Shown: piece after piece, positions 18,340-27,567 of the stretch
How positions within the stretch are numbered: position 1 is the first letter of the stretch
Layout of the letters: every line of letters starts with the position of its first letter
The notes under the pieces: generated by a model
What the model saw: the letters and a program-made list of their open reading frames with translations, nothing else
Databases searched by the model: none
Told to the model about the DNA's origin: nothing
Position numbers and translations under genes: made by a program
From: Alistipes sp.
GTDB lineage: Bacteria > Bacteroidota > Bacteroidia > Bacteroidales > Rikenellaceae
NCBI GenBank assembly: GCA_045576755.1
Contig: JAZNHC010000159.1
Span: forward strand, 1-60,549
Reading direction: 5' to 3'
DNA length: 60,549 bases

Positions 18340-20868
18340 TTACAAGTTCTGCAACACTATTCCAAATGGTTTAATTTCGCATTCGCAACCACCCTTCGGA
18401 GTCGAAAGCTCCACCTTTTGCGTCTTGCCCGTACGCTCATTTAGGCGCACCTTCAAGACACCATCCTCGACCACAGCAGATGCTATATCAACATCCTCCG
18501 ACGAACACTCCAACAACGAAGCACGAACCGGCATAGGCGACTTAGCACTCTCGCTTGAGCTGTACTCGCGAATATATATAGGTGCAGCAGCGCGTTGTGT
18601 CTTGCCCAATATGCCTTGCTCGCTCCACTTACCATTGTAGGTGTCGAGGATGATTGTGTGGTTGTAACTGCCAAAGAATGGCTCGAGCTGCCACGCCGAC
18701 TCCTGCTTGACATTGGTAGCAGAGATAAACTCGGGTACAACCTCCTTGACGGGCCCCGATTGAGTTGAAGCACCGAGATAGAGTGTCATCTCGCCCTTGT
18801 CGGCACTCACCGAGAAAGCCTGTTCACCCGTACAAGGAGCGACAACAATGCCACCCTCGTCCGACTCCAAGGCGGCAATACTCAACATACAGAAGTGACC
18901 GTCGCCACCCTTGTCGTACTCGGTAACACCGAACGGAATGTCGAACACGGTCTTGCAAGTGCGACCATAGTTGATCTTCAAATCGAGACCTCGCGGATCG
19001 AACGAACGCGCCTTCTCACCCAAACGACGAATAAGCAGAGGATGCAACGAGGTGAATGTGATGTTGCAAACAACACGTCCCTGCTCTATGGCAAAGTGCT
19101 GACGCATATGCAGCAGCCAATCTATCTGCCTATCGACAATCATCTCCGAACCGCACGACTTTATGCGCGTTGCTCCATACTGCTTTGCATCGCGCCAATA
19201 ATTGACCGACTCACCTGCTGCAATGTGCGACAACGGCTTAAGTTGAAACGGCATCAACGACAGCTCAATCTTGCTGCCACCCTCCTCTACGGTCACAACC
19301 TCGTCCGAGGCGGTAAGTTTTACACCTTGTGCGGTAATGTATCGACTATCGCACCACTGCTTTACATCCGCATTCTCGATCTCCTTAGCTCCGAAAACAA
19401 CATATCCGAACGAGGGCATTCGAGCCTCAAACTCAATGGTATAGCCCTCGGCTGTACGCTCACAACGACTCGGCAAAGGCTCTCCGCTCGCATAGTCAAA
19501 TATGGCGTATGGGCGTGAGGTATTAAGGGTTATTTTGCGCTCCGTTGCGTGATCTAAGGCAAGAGCCATAAAGTATGTGTCGTACCCCTCAAGCTTCATA
19601 TTTTTTGCCAAGCAATCCATTCCGTCGTGAATAAGCGACGTAGAGATTATCGAGCTATTCTTCAGTGCCGTAGTGCGCTCACTGCGCTTCTCGGCAAGTG
19701 GGTACCAACCTTTCGAGTCGCTGTTCACCGCCCACAACAACAGATGCTCCGCACGCGAAAGCATAGTGACTTCACCCTTGCGAGCAAGGAATTTCGGCTC
19801 CACTTCTGGGTAAAGATCGGCACGCTCAATATTCCACGCAAGGGGATCATCAAGGAGGGTAACATCGCTCTCGGAAAGCACCTTATCAACCGCCCAATTA
19901 TAGTTATAATCAAGCAGAGCATTAAAGATGTCGGCAGCCCTGAAATCCGCCATTGCACGTGCCGTATATTCTTGAATGATAATGTCTTGCGGATCGGCAG
20001 TCCAACGCGAGTAGGTACCATCCGACAAGCTCTTAACCTTTGCCGAGTGGTCGATGTACCGCTCCTCGGCAACACCAAATTTTTCGATATACTCCTTGAC
20101 TGTAATCCACACAATCTCGACATCCTCGCTTGCTGCATTAAAGTCGGCAACCTGCTGGTAGGTACGACCAAATTTCTGTGGAATTTCGTAGTCCTCCTCG
20201 ATAGTTATAAGGCTGTTTTCAGGGGCAGCCGCTGCACGTTCGACGGCTTTTTTGCGGGTAATAGGAACACATACCGAAGTACTTCCGTCCAACCCCATAA
20301 GGCGGAATGGTCGCCACGAATCGTCGTTCGTAATTACGGGAGTCCACGACACGTCGGAGTGGTTGAAAATCCACGGCAACTGCGGATGATAGGCGCGTTC
20401 TTGGAGGTAGAATCCATCGGTTTTTTCGCCCAGAAAATCCTCCACAATACGTGTTCCGAGCAGAGCGCAACGGTAGTTGGTTTCGCCATCCATATTCACA
20501 TTTACGGGCTCGGAATAGAATGTTCCCGTAAAGTTGAGTTGTCCGCGCTTGTGTATGCGCATTGCGTGTTCGAGAACGTGGGGTGCAGCCTGCTTCAACG
20601 AGCCGAGTGTCTGTCCCGAAAATTGGAGCTGACCTTTGAAGTCGGGATGCTCGTCGAGGAAGGTTAGAAGGTTGTCATAAATAACCGGAAAATCGCGCCA
20701 CAGTGTCGTAACAACATAGCGATCGTAATTCATATTTCCGTGCAGAATATAACTCATATAGACGCGCTTCTTTTGAGGTTTTTCTGCTTGGCACGATGCC
20801 TGTACAACCGTAAAATCGCAACAAAAGAACAAGACTAACATTGCGACAAAAAGAATATTTTTTCTCAT
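18340..20868 (-). CDS. Secreted GH57/GH38-like glycoside hydrolase
   Basis: HGNM, GTFYSEPV and GFYLQERAY resemble GH57 conserved regions; DIPFG and VRLNE..G...IKPF.I resemble the GH38 C-terminus. Confidence 0.6.
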   Translation of the reverse strand: MRKNILFVAMLVLFFCCDFTVVQASCQAEKPQKKRVYMSYILHGNMNYDRYVVTTLWRDFPVIYDNLLTFLDEHPDFKGQLQFSGQTLGSLKQAAPHVLEHAMRIHKRGQLNFTGTFYSEPVNVNMDGETNYRCALLGTRIVEDFLGEKTDGFYLQERAYHPQLPWIFNHSDVSWTPVITNDDSWRPFRLMGLDGSTSVCVPITRKKAVERAAAAPENSLITIEEDYEIPQKFGRTYQQVADFNAASEDVEIVWITVKEYIEKFGVAEERYIDHSAKVKSLSDGTYSRWTADPQDIIIQEYTARAMADFRAADIFNALLDYNYNWAVDKVLSESDVTLLDDPLAWNIERADLYPEVEPKFLARKGEVTMLSRAEHLLLWAVNSDSKGWYPLAEKRSERTTALKNSSIISTSLIHDGMDCLAKNMKLEGYDTYFMALALDHATERKITLNTSRPYAIFDYASGEPLPSRCERTAEGYTIEFEARMPSFGYVVFGAKEIENADVKQWCDSRYITAQGVKLTASDEVVTVEEGGSKIELSLMPFQLKPLSHIAAGESVNYWRDAKQYGATRIKSCGSEMIVDRQIDWLLHMRQHFAIEQGRVVCNITFTSLHPLLIRRLGEKARSFDPRGLDLKINYGRTCKTVFDIPFGVTEYDKGGDGHFCMLSIAALESDEGGIVVAPCTGEQAFSVSADKGEMTLYLGASTQSGPVKEVVPEFISATNVKQESAWQLEPFFGSYNHTIILDTYNGKWSEQGILGKTQRAAAPIYIREYSSSESAKSPMPVRASLLECSSEDVDIASAVVEDGVLKVRLNERTGKTQKVELSTPKGGCECEIKPFGIVLQNL

Positions 20869-20880
20869 TATATTGAATTT

Positions 20881-21948
20881 TTATTTGTTTTCCATTTTAG
20901 CGATTGTGGCGTCTATATACCGCTGGATATCAGACTTCAAGCGTTTGTAGAGAGGTGACAATGTGTAGTTCTCGTTGTCGAGCAACACATCACGAATTGA
21001 ACGAAGTGTATTGGTGTAATTGCTCATCTCATTTTTCAGCGCAACGCCCTCCTTCGACGAGCATATAATCTTCGACAACGACATCTGTCGCAACTTCTCG
21101 CAAACACCCTCCAACACTATCATCACAACGCTGTCCATCAGTGTATGTCCGTGCATAAAGAGGTAGGTAAGTTCGGGTTCGACACCCTTCTTGCAAAGAC
21201 GCTCTGCGAAGGCGGGAATTTCGGCTGCCATATCGGGGTGTTCCGCCTCGAGCGACGACACGCGCCTCTCGACATTGCGTTGCAACCAGGCAATGGTATT
21301 GACTCCGTTTTGCTCGATATCGAGGTAGCCGATGCGCACCGATGCTTTGAAGTCCACAAGAGGAAGAACATTCTCGGTCTTGCGCGAAGCGGAATAGACA
21401 TACCACAAAAACAGAGGGTAGATTGTGCGCGAATAATCCGCCATAAACTGCTCGAAATCAAAGATATGAGCATCATTCTTGACAGCTTTCACGCAGACAT
21501 TGTGAAGCGACGGGGCGTAGCACAGATAGTTCTCGGTGGCGTAGGTATAGGTGTGGAACATATAGGGAGATTCGACAATCATACGCGACACCTCGTCTTC
21601 GTCATCAAAGAGGTAGTCGAAGTCGGAGTCCATACAGAGCAACATCTCCTCATTTGCCTGATCCGCCATCGAAAGAAGCACCTTTTTGCCTTTTGGCAAA
21701 TCGTGACGTGTGGGCACCGAGATTTCGAAGCGCAAATAGGGGTTGGTGAAGTGGTCGAATATTCCTCGCCAGAAGGCAACATCCTCATACCCCTCGACAA
21801 AGACCCTGACGCGCCGCTTGCCATCCTCTATCGGCAATGAAATGGGTAGAGTTGCCATATCGACACCTCCTCGAGCCAACGCCTTAGCCCTCAACCGTTC
21901 AATCATCTCCTCGCGTTTCCGCTCCTTATTAGCCTTGCGTATTGCCAC
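20881..21948 (-). CDS. DUF4435 (TOPRIM-like) protein
   Basis: VFVEGYEDVAFW, CMDSDFDYL, HTYTYATENY, HGH. Confidence 0.8.
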   Translation of the reverse strand: MAIRKANKERKREEMIERLRAKALARGGVDMATLPISLPIEDGKRRVRVFVEGYEDVAFWRGIFDHFTNPYLRFEISVPTRHDLPKGKKVLLSMADQANEEMLLCMDSDFDYLFDDEDEVSRMIVESPYMFHTYTYATENYLCYAPSLHNVCVKAVKNDAHIFDFEQFMADYSRTIYPLFLWYVYSASRKTENVLPLVDFKASVRIGYLDIEQNGVNTIAWLQRNVERRVSSLEAEHPDMAAEIPAFAERLCKKGVEPELTYLFMHGHTLMDSVVMIVLEGVCEKLRQMSLSKIICSSKEGVALKNEMSNYTNTLRSIRDVLLDNENYTLSPLYKRLKSDIQRYIDATIAKMENK

Positions 21949-21969
21949 CGTTTTTGTGATATTTGTTTA

Positions 21970-22016
21970 CAAATATACAAAATCTGATGTAAATGCCAAA
22001 ATATTTATTACTTTTG
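21970..22016. promoter_or_regulatory. Divergent -7 promoter elements
   Basis: TATATTTG on the minus strand (21970-21977) and TACTTTTG on the plus strand (22009-22016). Confidence 0.6.
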
Positions 22017-22043
22017 CACCGTTAATTGGGATATTGCAAACCT

Positions 22044-22382
22044 ATGGCTGATTGGAAAGAACGTCTCGGAATGGTCTACTCGACAAATCCGGACTTTGAA
22101 TATAACTACGAAAACGAGGCAGAAGCCGAGACTCTCGCACCGGCAAAACAGGTGCTGCGCGTATGGCGCGACACCAAGGGTCGTGGTGGAAAGGTGGCAA
22201 CCATTGTTCGCGGATTTGTTGGCTCTGCCGACGATTTGGAGGAGCTGGGACGCACACTTAAGCGTAGGTGTGGCGTAGGTGGCTCGGTCAAGGAGGGCGA
22301 GATAATCATTCAGGGCGACCACCGTGATCGCGTTACGACTCTGCTGTTGCAAAAGGGTTACACACAGACAAAGAAGGTCTAA
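22044..22382 (+). CDS. yciH: Translation initiation factor SUI1/YciH family
   Basis: MADWKERLG.VYSTNPDF, GRGGK..T, LK..CGVGGS, IQGD.R. Confidence 0.9.
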   Translation: MADWKERLGMVYSTNPDFEYNYENEAEAETLAPAKQVLRVWRDTKGRGGKVATIVRGFVGSADDLEELGRTLKRRCGVGGSVKEGEIIIQGDHRDRVTTLLLQKGYTQTKKV

Positions 22383-22399
22383 CAACAAAACGATAAGAG

Positions 22400-23125
22400 A
22401 TGAAGAGATTGGTATTGTTGGCTATGACAGCAGCGTTTTTTGCATGCGCGCACGCGCAAAGCAACAACGAATTATTGCAGAAAATAGAGCAGCTGACTGC
22501 ACAAATCGAAATGCTGCAGAGCAAAGTTGCCGAGTTGGAGCGAGGAAAGGTGGATCGTACAACCCCATGCAACCCACAATGGGCGATGTGGCAGGATGTA
22601 CGTTACAACTACGGCTTCAACACCTCGAAAACGCCAATATTCAACACCATTGACGGTGTGCTCGAATCGACTGTTATGCTCTCGGTACGCGGAGGTCTTG
22701 GTCGTTGGAACAGCACCGTAGGAACACCATTCTCGAAATTTGTGGACGGAGGTCACCTCTTCGAGGGTTGGAATGCCAGCGAGACGTGTCGCCTCACAAT
22801 GCTCATAGGCAAGCAGGCACCCGACATCGCCTGTATTCAGGTCTACTCGCCTAAGGGATTATACCGCGAGAAACGTCACTTCGGTTGGGTAAAGCTCGGC
22901 TCGGACGATGCACGCGAGGGTGTGGACTTTGGTCGTCGCTGGGCGTTATCGTTTGTGCCTTTCACGCTCGGACGCTTCGACAAAGCCCCTACAACCACCT
23001 TCTACCACAACGAGCAGATCGAATCGACAGCCGTGCCTGTAGGAACTTTGTACTACAACACCATAACCAACAAGATTGGTTGCTACACCAACGAAGGGTG
23101 GAGATATTTGAAATTTGAGAAGTAG
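22400..23125 (+). CDS. Secreted hypothetical protein with N-terminal coiled coil
   Basis: Signal peptide AHA-Q; heptad LLQKIEQLTAQIEMLQSKVAEL; operonic spacing. Confidence 0.7.
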   Translation: MKRLVLLAMTAAFFACAHAQSNNELLQKIEQLTAQIEMLQSKVAELERGKVDRTTPCNPQWAMWQDVRYNYGFNTSKTPIFNTIDGVLESTVMLSVRGGLGRWNSTVGTPFSKFVDGGHLFEGWNASETCRLTMLIGKQAPDIACIQVYSPKGLYREKRHFGWVKLGSDDAREGVDFGRRWALSFVPFTLGRFDKAPTTTFYHNEQIESTAVPVGTLYYNTITNKIGCYTNEGWRYLKFEK

Positions 23126-23142
23126 ATCGTACAACATAAAAA

Positions 23143-24438
23143 ATGAGGAGTGTTAGTAACATATTTTTGAGATTTGTCGCAGTGGTGTGCCTACTGTGCT
23201 CTATCGCCACAACGAGCGAGGCAAAGCGCAGGAACATCAACAACGACGAGTCGAAGATTGTTCCATACACTCTTCCCGACCCACTCCTCTGCAACGATGG
23301 TACAAAGGTCACATCAACGGAACAGTGGGAAAGACAACGTCGCCCCGAATTATTAAAACTCTTCGAGGAGCAGGTCTATGGCGTAACACCCAAAGTCCGT
23401 TTGAAGGTCAGATACAAGGTTGTTGCCGAGAACAAGAAGGCATTGGAGGGTAGAGCCACCGCACAGCAGGTGATGTTCACCTTCTCGCGAAAGGGCAAAA
23501 AGCAGAGGGCTTTGGCATTGGTCTACTATCCGAACAGTCGTCAAGGTGGTGTTCCCGTCTTTATCGGTTACAACTTCAAGGGTAACCACTGCACCTCAAA
23601 CGATAGATGGGTTCTCTACTCGCCATACTACTATGAAGGGATTACCGATCTGAGCGGTAAGCTGCTCAAACGCGGAACTCAAACAGAGCGCTGGCCCCTG
23701 GAGATGATCATCGAAAGAGGCTATGCCGTTGTTACAATGTGCTACCACGACATCTACCCCGACCATCCGAAGCGTGGCGTTGAGAGGCGATTGTCGAACC
23801 TTCTGCCCACCACAAAGAACGAGGAGAGTCGCTGGCAGGCGTTGGGCGTTTGGGCATACGGACTCTCACGCATAGCCGATTGGGTCGAGAAGCAATCGTG
23901 GGCAAACAGGGAGCAGCTATGTGTGATAGGTCACTCGCGCCAAGGCAAGGCAGCTTTGTGGGCTGGTGTACAGGACGAACGATTTAAGGTTGTGATATCG
24001 AATAACTCGGGTTGCGGAGGTGCAGCACTCTCGATGCGCGTCATCGGAGAGAATGTGGAGTTTATCACACACCAATTTCCACATTGGTTCTGCCCCAACT
24101 TCACGAACTACAGTAAGCGCGAGCGAGAGCTGCCAATCGATCAGCACGAACTGTTGGCACTTGTGGCACCTCGCCACCTATACGTAGCCAGCGCAAGCCT
24201 TGACAGATGGGCAGACCCAAAAGGTGAATACCTCGCCACATACCACGCCTCGCCCGTATACAGACTCTACGGAATGGAGGGTATGACATCGGAGCAGATG
24301 CCCGAGGTGGAACAACCTGTAATGACCGATGTGGGTTACCACATCCGCCAAGGCAAGCACAACATAACCGCCTACGATTGGGGCAACTATTTGGATTTTT
24401 GTGATAAGGTTTTTAGGAGCAAAACCAACAAAAAATAG
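23143..24438 (+). CDS. CE15-family esterase (glucuronoyl esterase-like), secreted
   Basis: YTLPDPL, GHSRQGK nucleophile motif, NNSGCGGA, DQHELLAL.APR, WADPKGE. Confidence 0.85.
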   Translation: MRSVSNIFLRFVAVVCLLCSIATTSEAKRRNINNDESKIVPYTLPDPLLCNDGTKVTSTEQWERQRRPELLKLFEEQVYGVTPKVRLKVRYKVVAENKKALEGRATAQQVMFTFSRKGKKQRALALVYYPNSRQGGVPVFIGYNFKGNHCTSNDRWVLYSPYYYEGITDLSGKLLKRGTQTERWPLEMIIERGYAVVTMCYHDIYPDHPKRGVERRLSNLLPTTKNEESRWQALGVWAYGLSRIADWVEKQSWANREQLCVIGHSRQGKAALWAGVQDERFKVVISNNSGCGGAALSMRVIGENVEFITHQFPHWFCPNFTNYSKRERELPIDQHELLALVAPRHLYVASASLDRWADPKGEYLATYHASPVYRLYGMEGMTSEQMPEVEQPVMTDVGYHIRQGKHNITAYDWGNYLDFCDKVFRSKTNKK

Positions 24439-24447
24439 ATATTTTAA

Positions 24448-27400
24448 GTGTTAAAGGGGATCAGACATATTGTTATCGCCACAGTTGCACTCCTCGGTGC
24501 ATACTCGGCATCGGCACAATACTATTCGTGGGGTGCCGATCCGACATATCTGCATTGGCGAAAACTCAAGGGCGATAAGATCGATGTCATCTACCCCGAC
24601 ACAGCCCGCAACATCGGCTACAAGATGATGTACTACGCACGTGCCGTGCAACCTACCATTGGCTTTGGCTACCGACGCGGACCAATGAAAATTCCGTTCG
24701 TAATACATCCCGAGAACTTTTCGTCGAACGGTATGGTAATGTGGCTGCCAAAGCGTGTGGAGATCCTCTCCTCGCCTGCCGTAAACGGCTACTCGATGCC
24801 GTGGTTGAAGCAGCTCGCAGCACACGAATATCGTCACGCCGTGCAATACAACAACCTCAACCGAGGCTTTGTGCGCGCGTTCAGCTATATCCTCGGTCAG
24901 CAGAGCTCGACCATAGGACTGCTCTTTATGCCGCTGTGGGGCTTGGAGGGCGATGCTACACTCTCCGAGACTCAGATGTCGTCGTTTGGTCGCGCCCTGC
25001 AACCAAGTTTTACAATGCACTACCGTGCTGTAGGCAACCTCGCCCGCACCAAGAATATCAGCAAGTGGTTCTGCGGCTCGTATCGCGAATATATACCCGA
25101 CCACTATCATCTCGGATATCAGATAACATCGTACGCCAACACAAAGTACAACGAGAATATCTGGGATAAGATAGTCCACTACGCGGTACGTAACCCATAC
25201 GTCTTTGCCACGACATACGTGGGAATGCGCAAATTCTACAACACCTCGACAAAGAAACTTACTCGCGAGACCTTTGCAGATTTGAATGATTATTGGAATA
25301 CGCTGCCACACCAGCCAAACACCTCGACACAACTCTCCGGAGAGGTAAAGAAGGGGTATACAAGCTATCGCTATCCGCAATATATCGACAACGACGTGGT
25401 GCTGTCGCTCTACGAGACACTCGACAAACCAAATGCCTTTGTCGCAACCAACACTGCAACCGGCAAGAGCCACCATATTGCCTACACAGGTGCCGTGTCG
25501 TCGCGCCCAAGCGAGGTTGTCGGAGGACGTGTGTGGTGGACAGAGTATCGTCGCAGTACGCTCTTTGCAGAGCGCATCAACTCCAAATTGTGCTATATGG
25601 ATCTGGAGAGAGGTCGCACACGCACCCTCAACCGCATAAAGAAGGCACTCTACGCAACGCCTATTTCCGAATACGAATTGGCGTGGGTGGAGTATCTTCC
25701 GAATGGCGCGTACAACATAGTACGCGGAAATCCGATACCTCGTCACGAAGAGGAGTATCTGCGTGTATCCGTCCCGAACGATATCGAAATTCACGGCTTG
25801 GCGTACGATAACTACACTCACGCGCTCTACTTCATAGCCACCGACGACAGCGGAATGTGGCTTGGACGTGTGGGCAGAAACCGCGAAATAGAACACGTAA
25901 CAAAAGGGGCATACATAACCATAAGCGACCTTCGTGCCAAGGATGGTGTACTATACTTCGGCTCCATCCAATCGGGCAAAGACGAGGTGCATTGCTACGA
26001 CCTACGCACCTCAACCGAATATCAGATTTCGGCATCGACCTATGGATCATTCTCACCAATGCCCGTAAAACGCGACACGGTATTGATGACAACCTATGAC
26101 CGCTACGGATATCACATTGCCGAGCAGAAGGTTGTGCGCGACACCCTGCCAAAGGTGGAGTACGCACAACTGCCGAAAAATGTTGTCAATCCGCAGCGCA
26201 AGCGATGGAATACAATAAATCTCGACACGGTGCGCTTCGTTGGTGTAGATTCGATGATGGCGCAAGTGAGAGTAAAACGAGATAGGGCAGCCAAAGGCAT
26301 AAAACCACTGCGCGACAAGCGATACAGTGGTCCTGCGCACCTATTCAACATCCACTCGTGGGCTCCGGTGTCGTACGATCCTTTCTCGCTGAGCGAGGAG
26401 GGGGCTTTAGACTTCAACCTCGGAGCAACCATAATGTCGCAAAATATCCTCTCCACAGCGAGCGGATTTCTCACCTGGGGCTGGAACTCGAAGGAGGGAA
26501 ACATCTTCAAAGGTTCGTTCCGCTACTACGGTTTGGGTGTTAATCTGAGCATCAGTGCCACCTATGGCGGTACACAGCAGCTCTACTCGGCATACACCTA
26601 CCTCTACGACCCTATTACCAACAAGCACCAAGCAGTGCTTCCTGGAGGCAAGGAGGAGTATGTCGTAAACCCCGTTACGGGCAAGGAGGAGCTCGTATTA
26701 AACGAGGTACCGGCACTCGGAAAGTATTACAACGTGGGAGCTATGGCTTCGTTGCCACTCTACTTCCAAGCCGGCTATCACACTCGCTTTGTGCAGGTTT
26801 CGGCAGGCTACAACTACTCGAACGGTCTGGTGGCAAAGGTTGATAAACTCTCTGTTCAGATTGGCAAAGGCAGCGTAAGCAATATTGCAAAAATAGGCTA
26901 CAAGGAGGGTGTGCATCTCTTGCAATTCGGTGCAGGATATCAAGACCTCGTAAGGTTGGCACACAAGGACTTTCTGCCTCGCTGGGGACAGGTCGTGTCG
27001 CTTAACTATGCCCTTAACCCTGCCGACAAGAGCTTCCGCCACCTTATCTCGATCTATGGCAAAGCCTACTTCCCGGGGGTGGTAAAACACCACTCGCTAT
27101 CGTTGGCTGCCGTATATCAGACTTCGATCAAGGGTTTTGACCGCGAAGATGCACTCTCGAACCTCGCCTTCCACTCGGGAAGATTGGTTCCGCGAGGTTT
27201 CTATACATCGGAGATCGACAATCGTAACTATGTGGCAACATCGATAAACTACGCCCTGCCGGTGTGGTATCCGGACTTGGGTGGCTCGCTCATATTCTTC
27301 AAGCGAGTGCGCCTTAATCTCGGTTTCGACTTCGCCTCATTCGACCATAAATTCCCTGTCAAAGATAGCGTTACCGGAGGTATCACAACAGCGATTGAGC

Positions 27401-27555
27401 GTCGCAACATCTTCTCGTATGGTGGAGATATATCGTTCGATTTCAATCTGTTCCATATGCCTGATGCCGCTACAACATCTTTGACAATATCGATATACCA
27501 ACCACACGGAAAGAAAAAACCATTCATAACAGCAGGCATTGGGTTGCCTTTCTAA
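24448..27555 (+). CDS. Large outer-membrane protein: zincin-like domain + TolB-like propeller + C-terminal beta-barrel
   Basis: Signal peptide ASA-Q; HEYRH...WGLEGDA; terminal ITAGIGLPF. Confidence 0.65.
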   Translation: MLKGIRHIVIATVALLGAYSASAQYYSWGADPTYLHWRKLKGDKIDVIYPDTARNIGYKMMYYARAVQPTIGFGYRRGPMKIPFVIHPENFSSNGMVMWLPKRVEILSSPAVNGYSMPWLKQLAAHEYRHAVQYNNLNRGFVRAFSYILGQQSSTIGLLFMPLWGLEGDATLSETQMSSFGRALQPSFTMHYRAVGNLARTKNISKWFCGSYREYIPDHYHLGYQITSYANTKYNENIWDKIVHYAVRNPYVFATTYVGMRKFYNTSTKKLTRETFADLNDYWNTLPHQPNTSTQLSGEVKKGYTSYRYPQYIDNDVVLSLYETLDKPNAFVATNTATGKSHHIAYTGAVSSRPSEVVGGRVWWTEYRRSTLFAERINSKLCYMDLERGRTRTLNRIKKALYATPISEYELAWVEYLPNGAYNIVRGNPIPRHEEEYLRVSVPNDIEIHGLAYDNYTHALYFIATDDSGMWLGRVGRNREIEHVTKGAYITISDLRAKDGVLYFGSIQSGKDEVHCYDLRTSTEYQISASTYGSFSPMPVKRDTVLMTTYDRYGYHIAEQKVVRDTLPKVEYAQLPKNVVNPQRKRWNTINLDTVRFVGVDSMMAQVRVKRDRAAKGIKPLRDKRYSGPAHLFNIHSWAPVSYDPFSLSEEGALDFNLGATIMSQNILSTASGFLTWGWNSKEGNIFKGSFRYYGLGVNLSISATYGGTQQLYSAYTYLYDPITNKHQAVLPGGKEEYVVNPVTGKEELVLNEVPALGKYYNVGAMASLPLYFQAGYHTRFVQVSAGYNYSNGLVAKVDKLSVQIGKGSVSNIAKIGYKEGVHLLQFGAGYQDLVRLAHKDFLPRWGQVVSLNYALNPADKSFRHLISIYGKAYFPGVVKHHSLSLAAVYQTSIKGFDREDALSNLAFHSGRLVPRGFYTSEIDNRNYVATSINYALPVWYPDLGGSLIFFKRVRLNLGFDFASFDHKFPVKDSVTGGITTAIERRNIFSYGGDISFDFNLFHMPDAATTSLTISIYQPHGKKKPFITAGIGLPF

Positions 27556-27567
27556 CACAAACCGACT

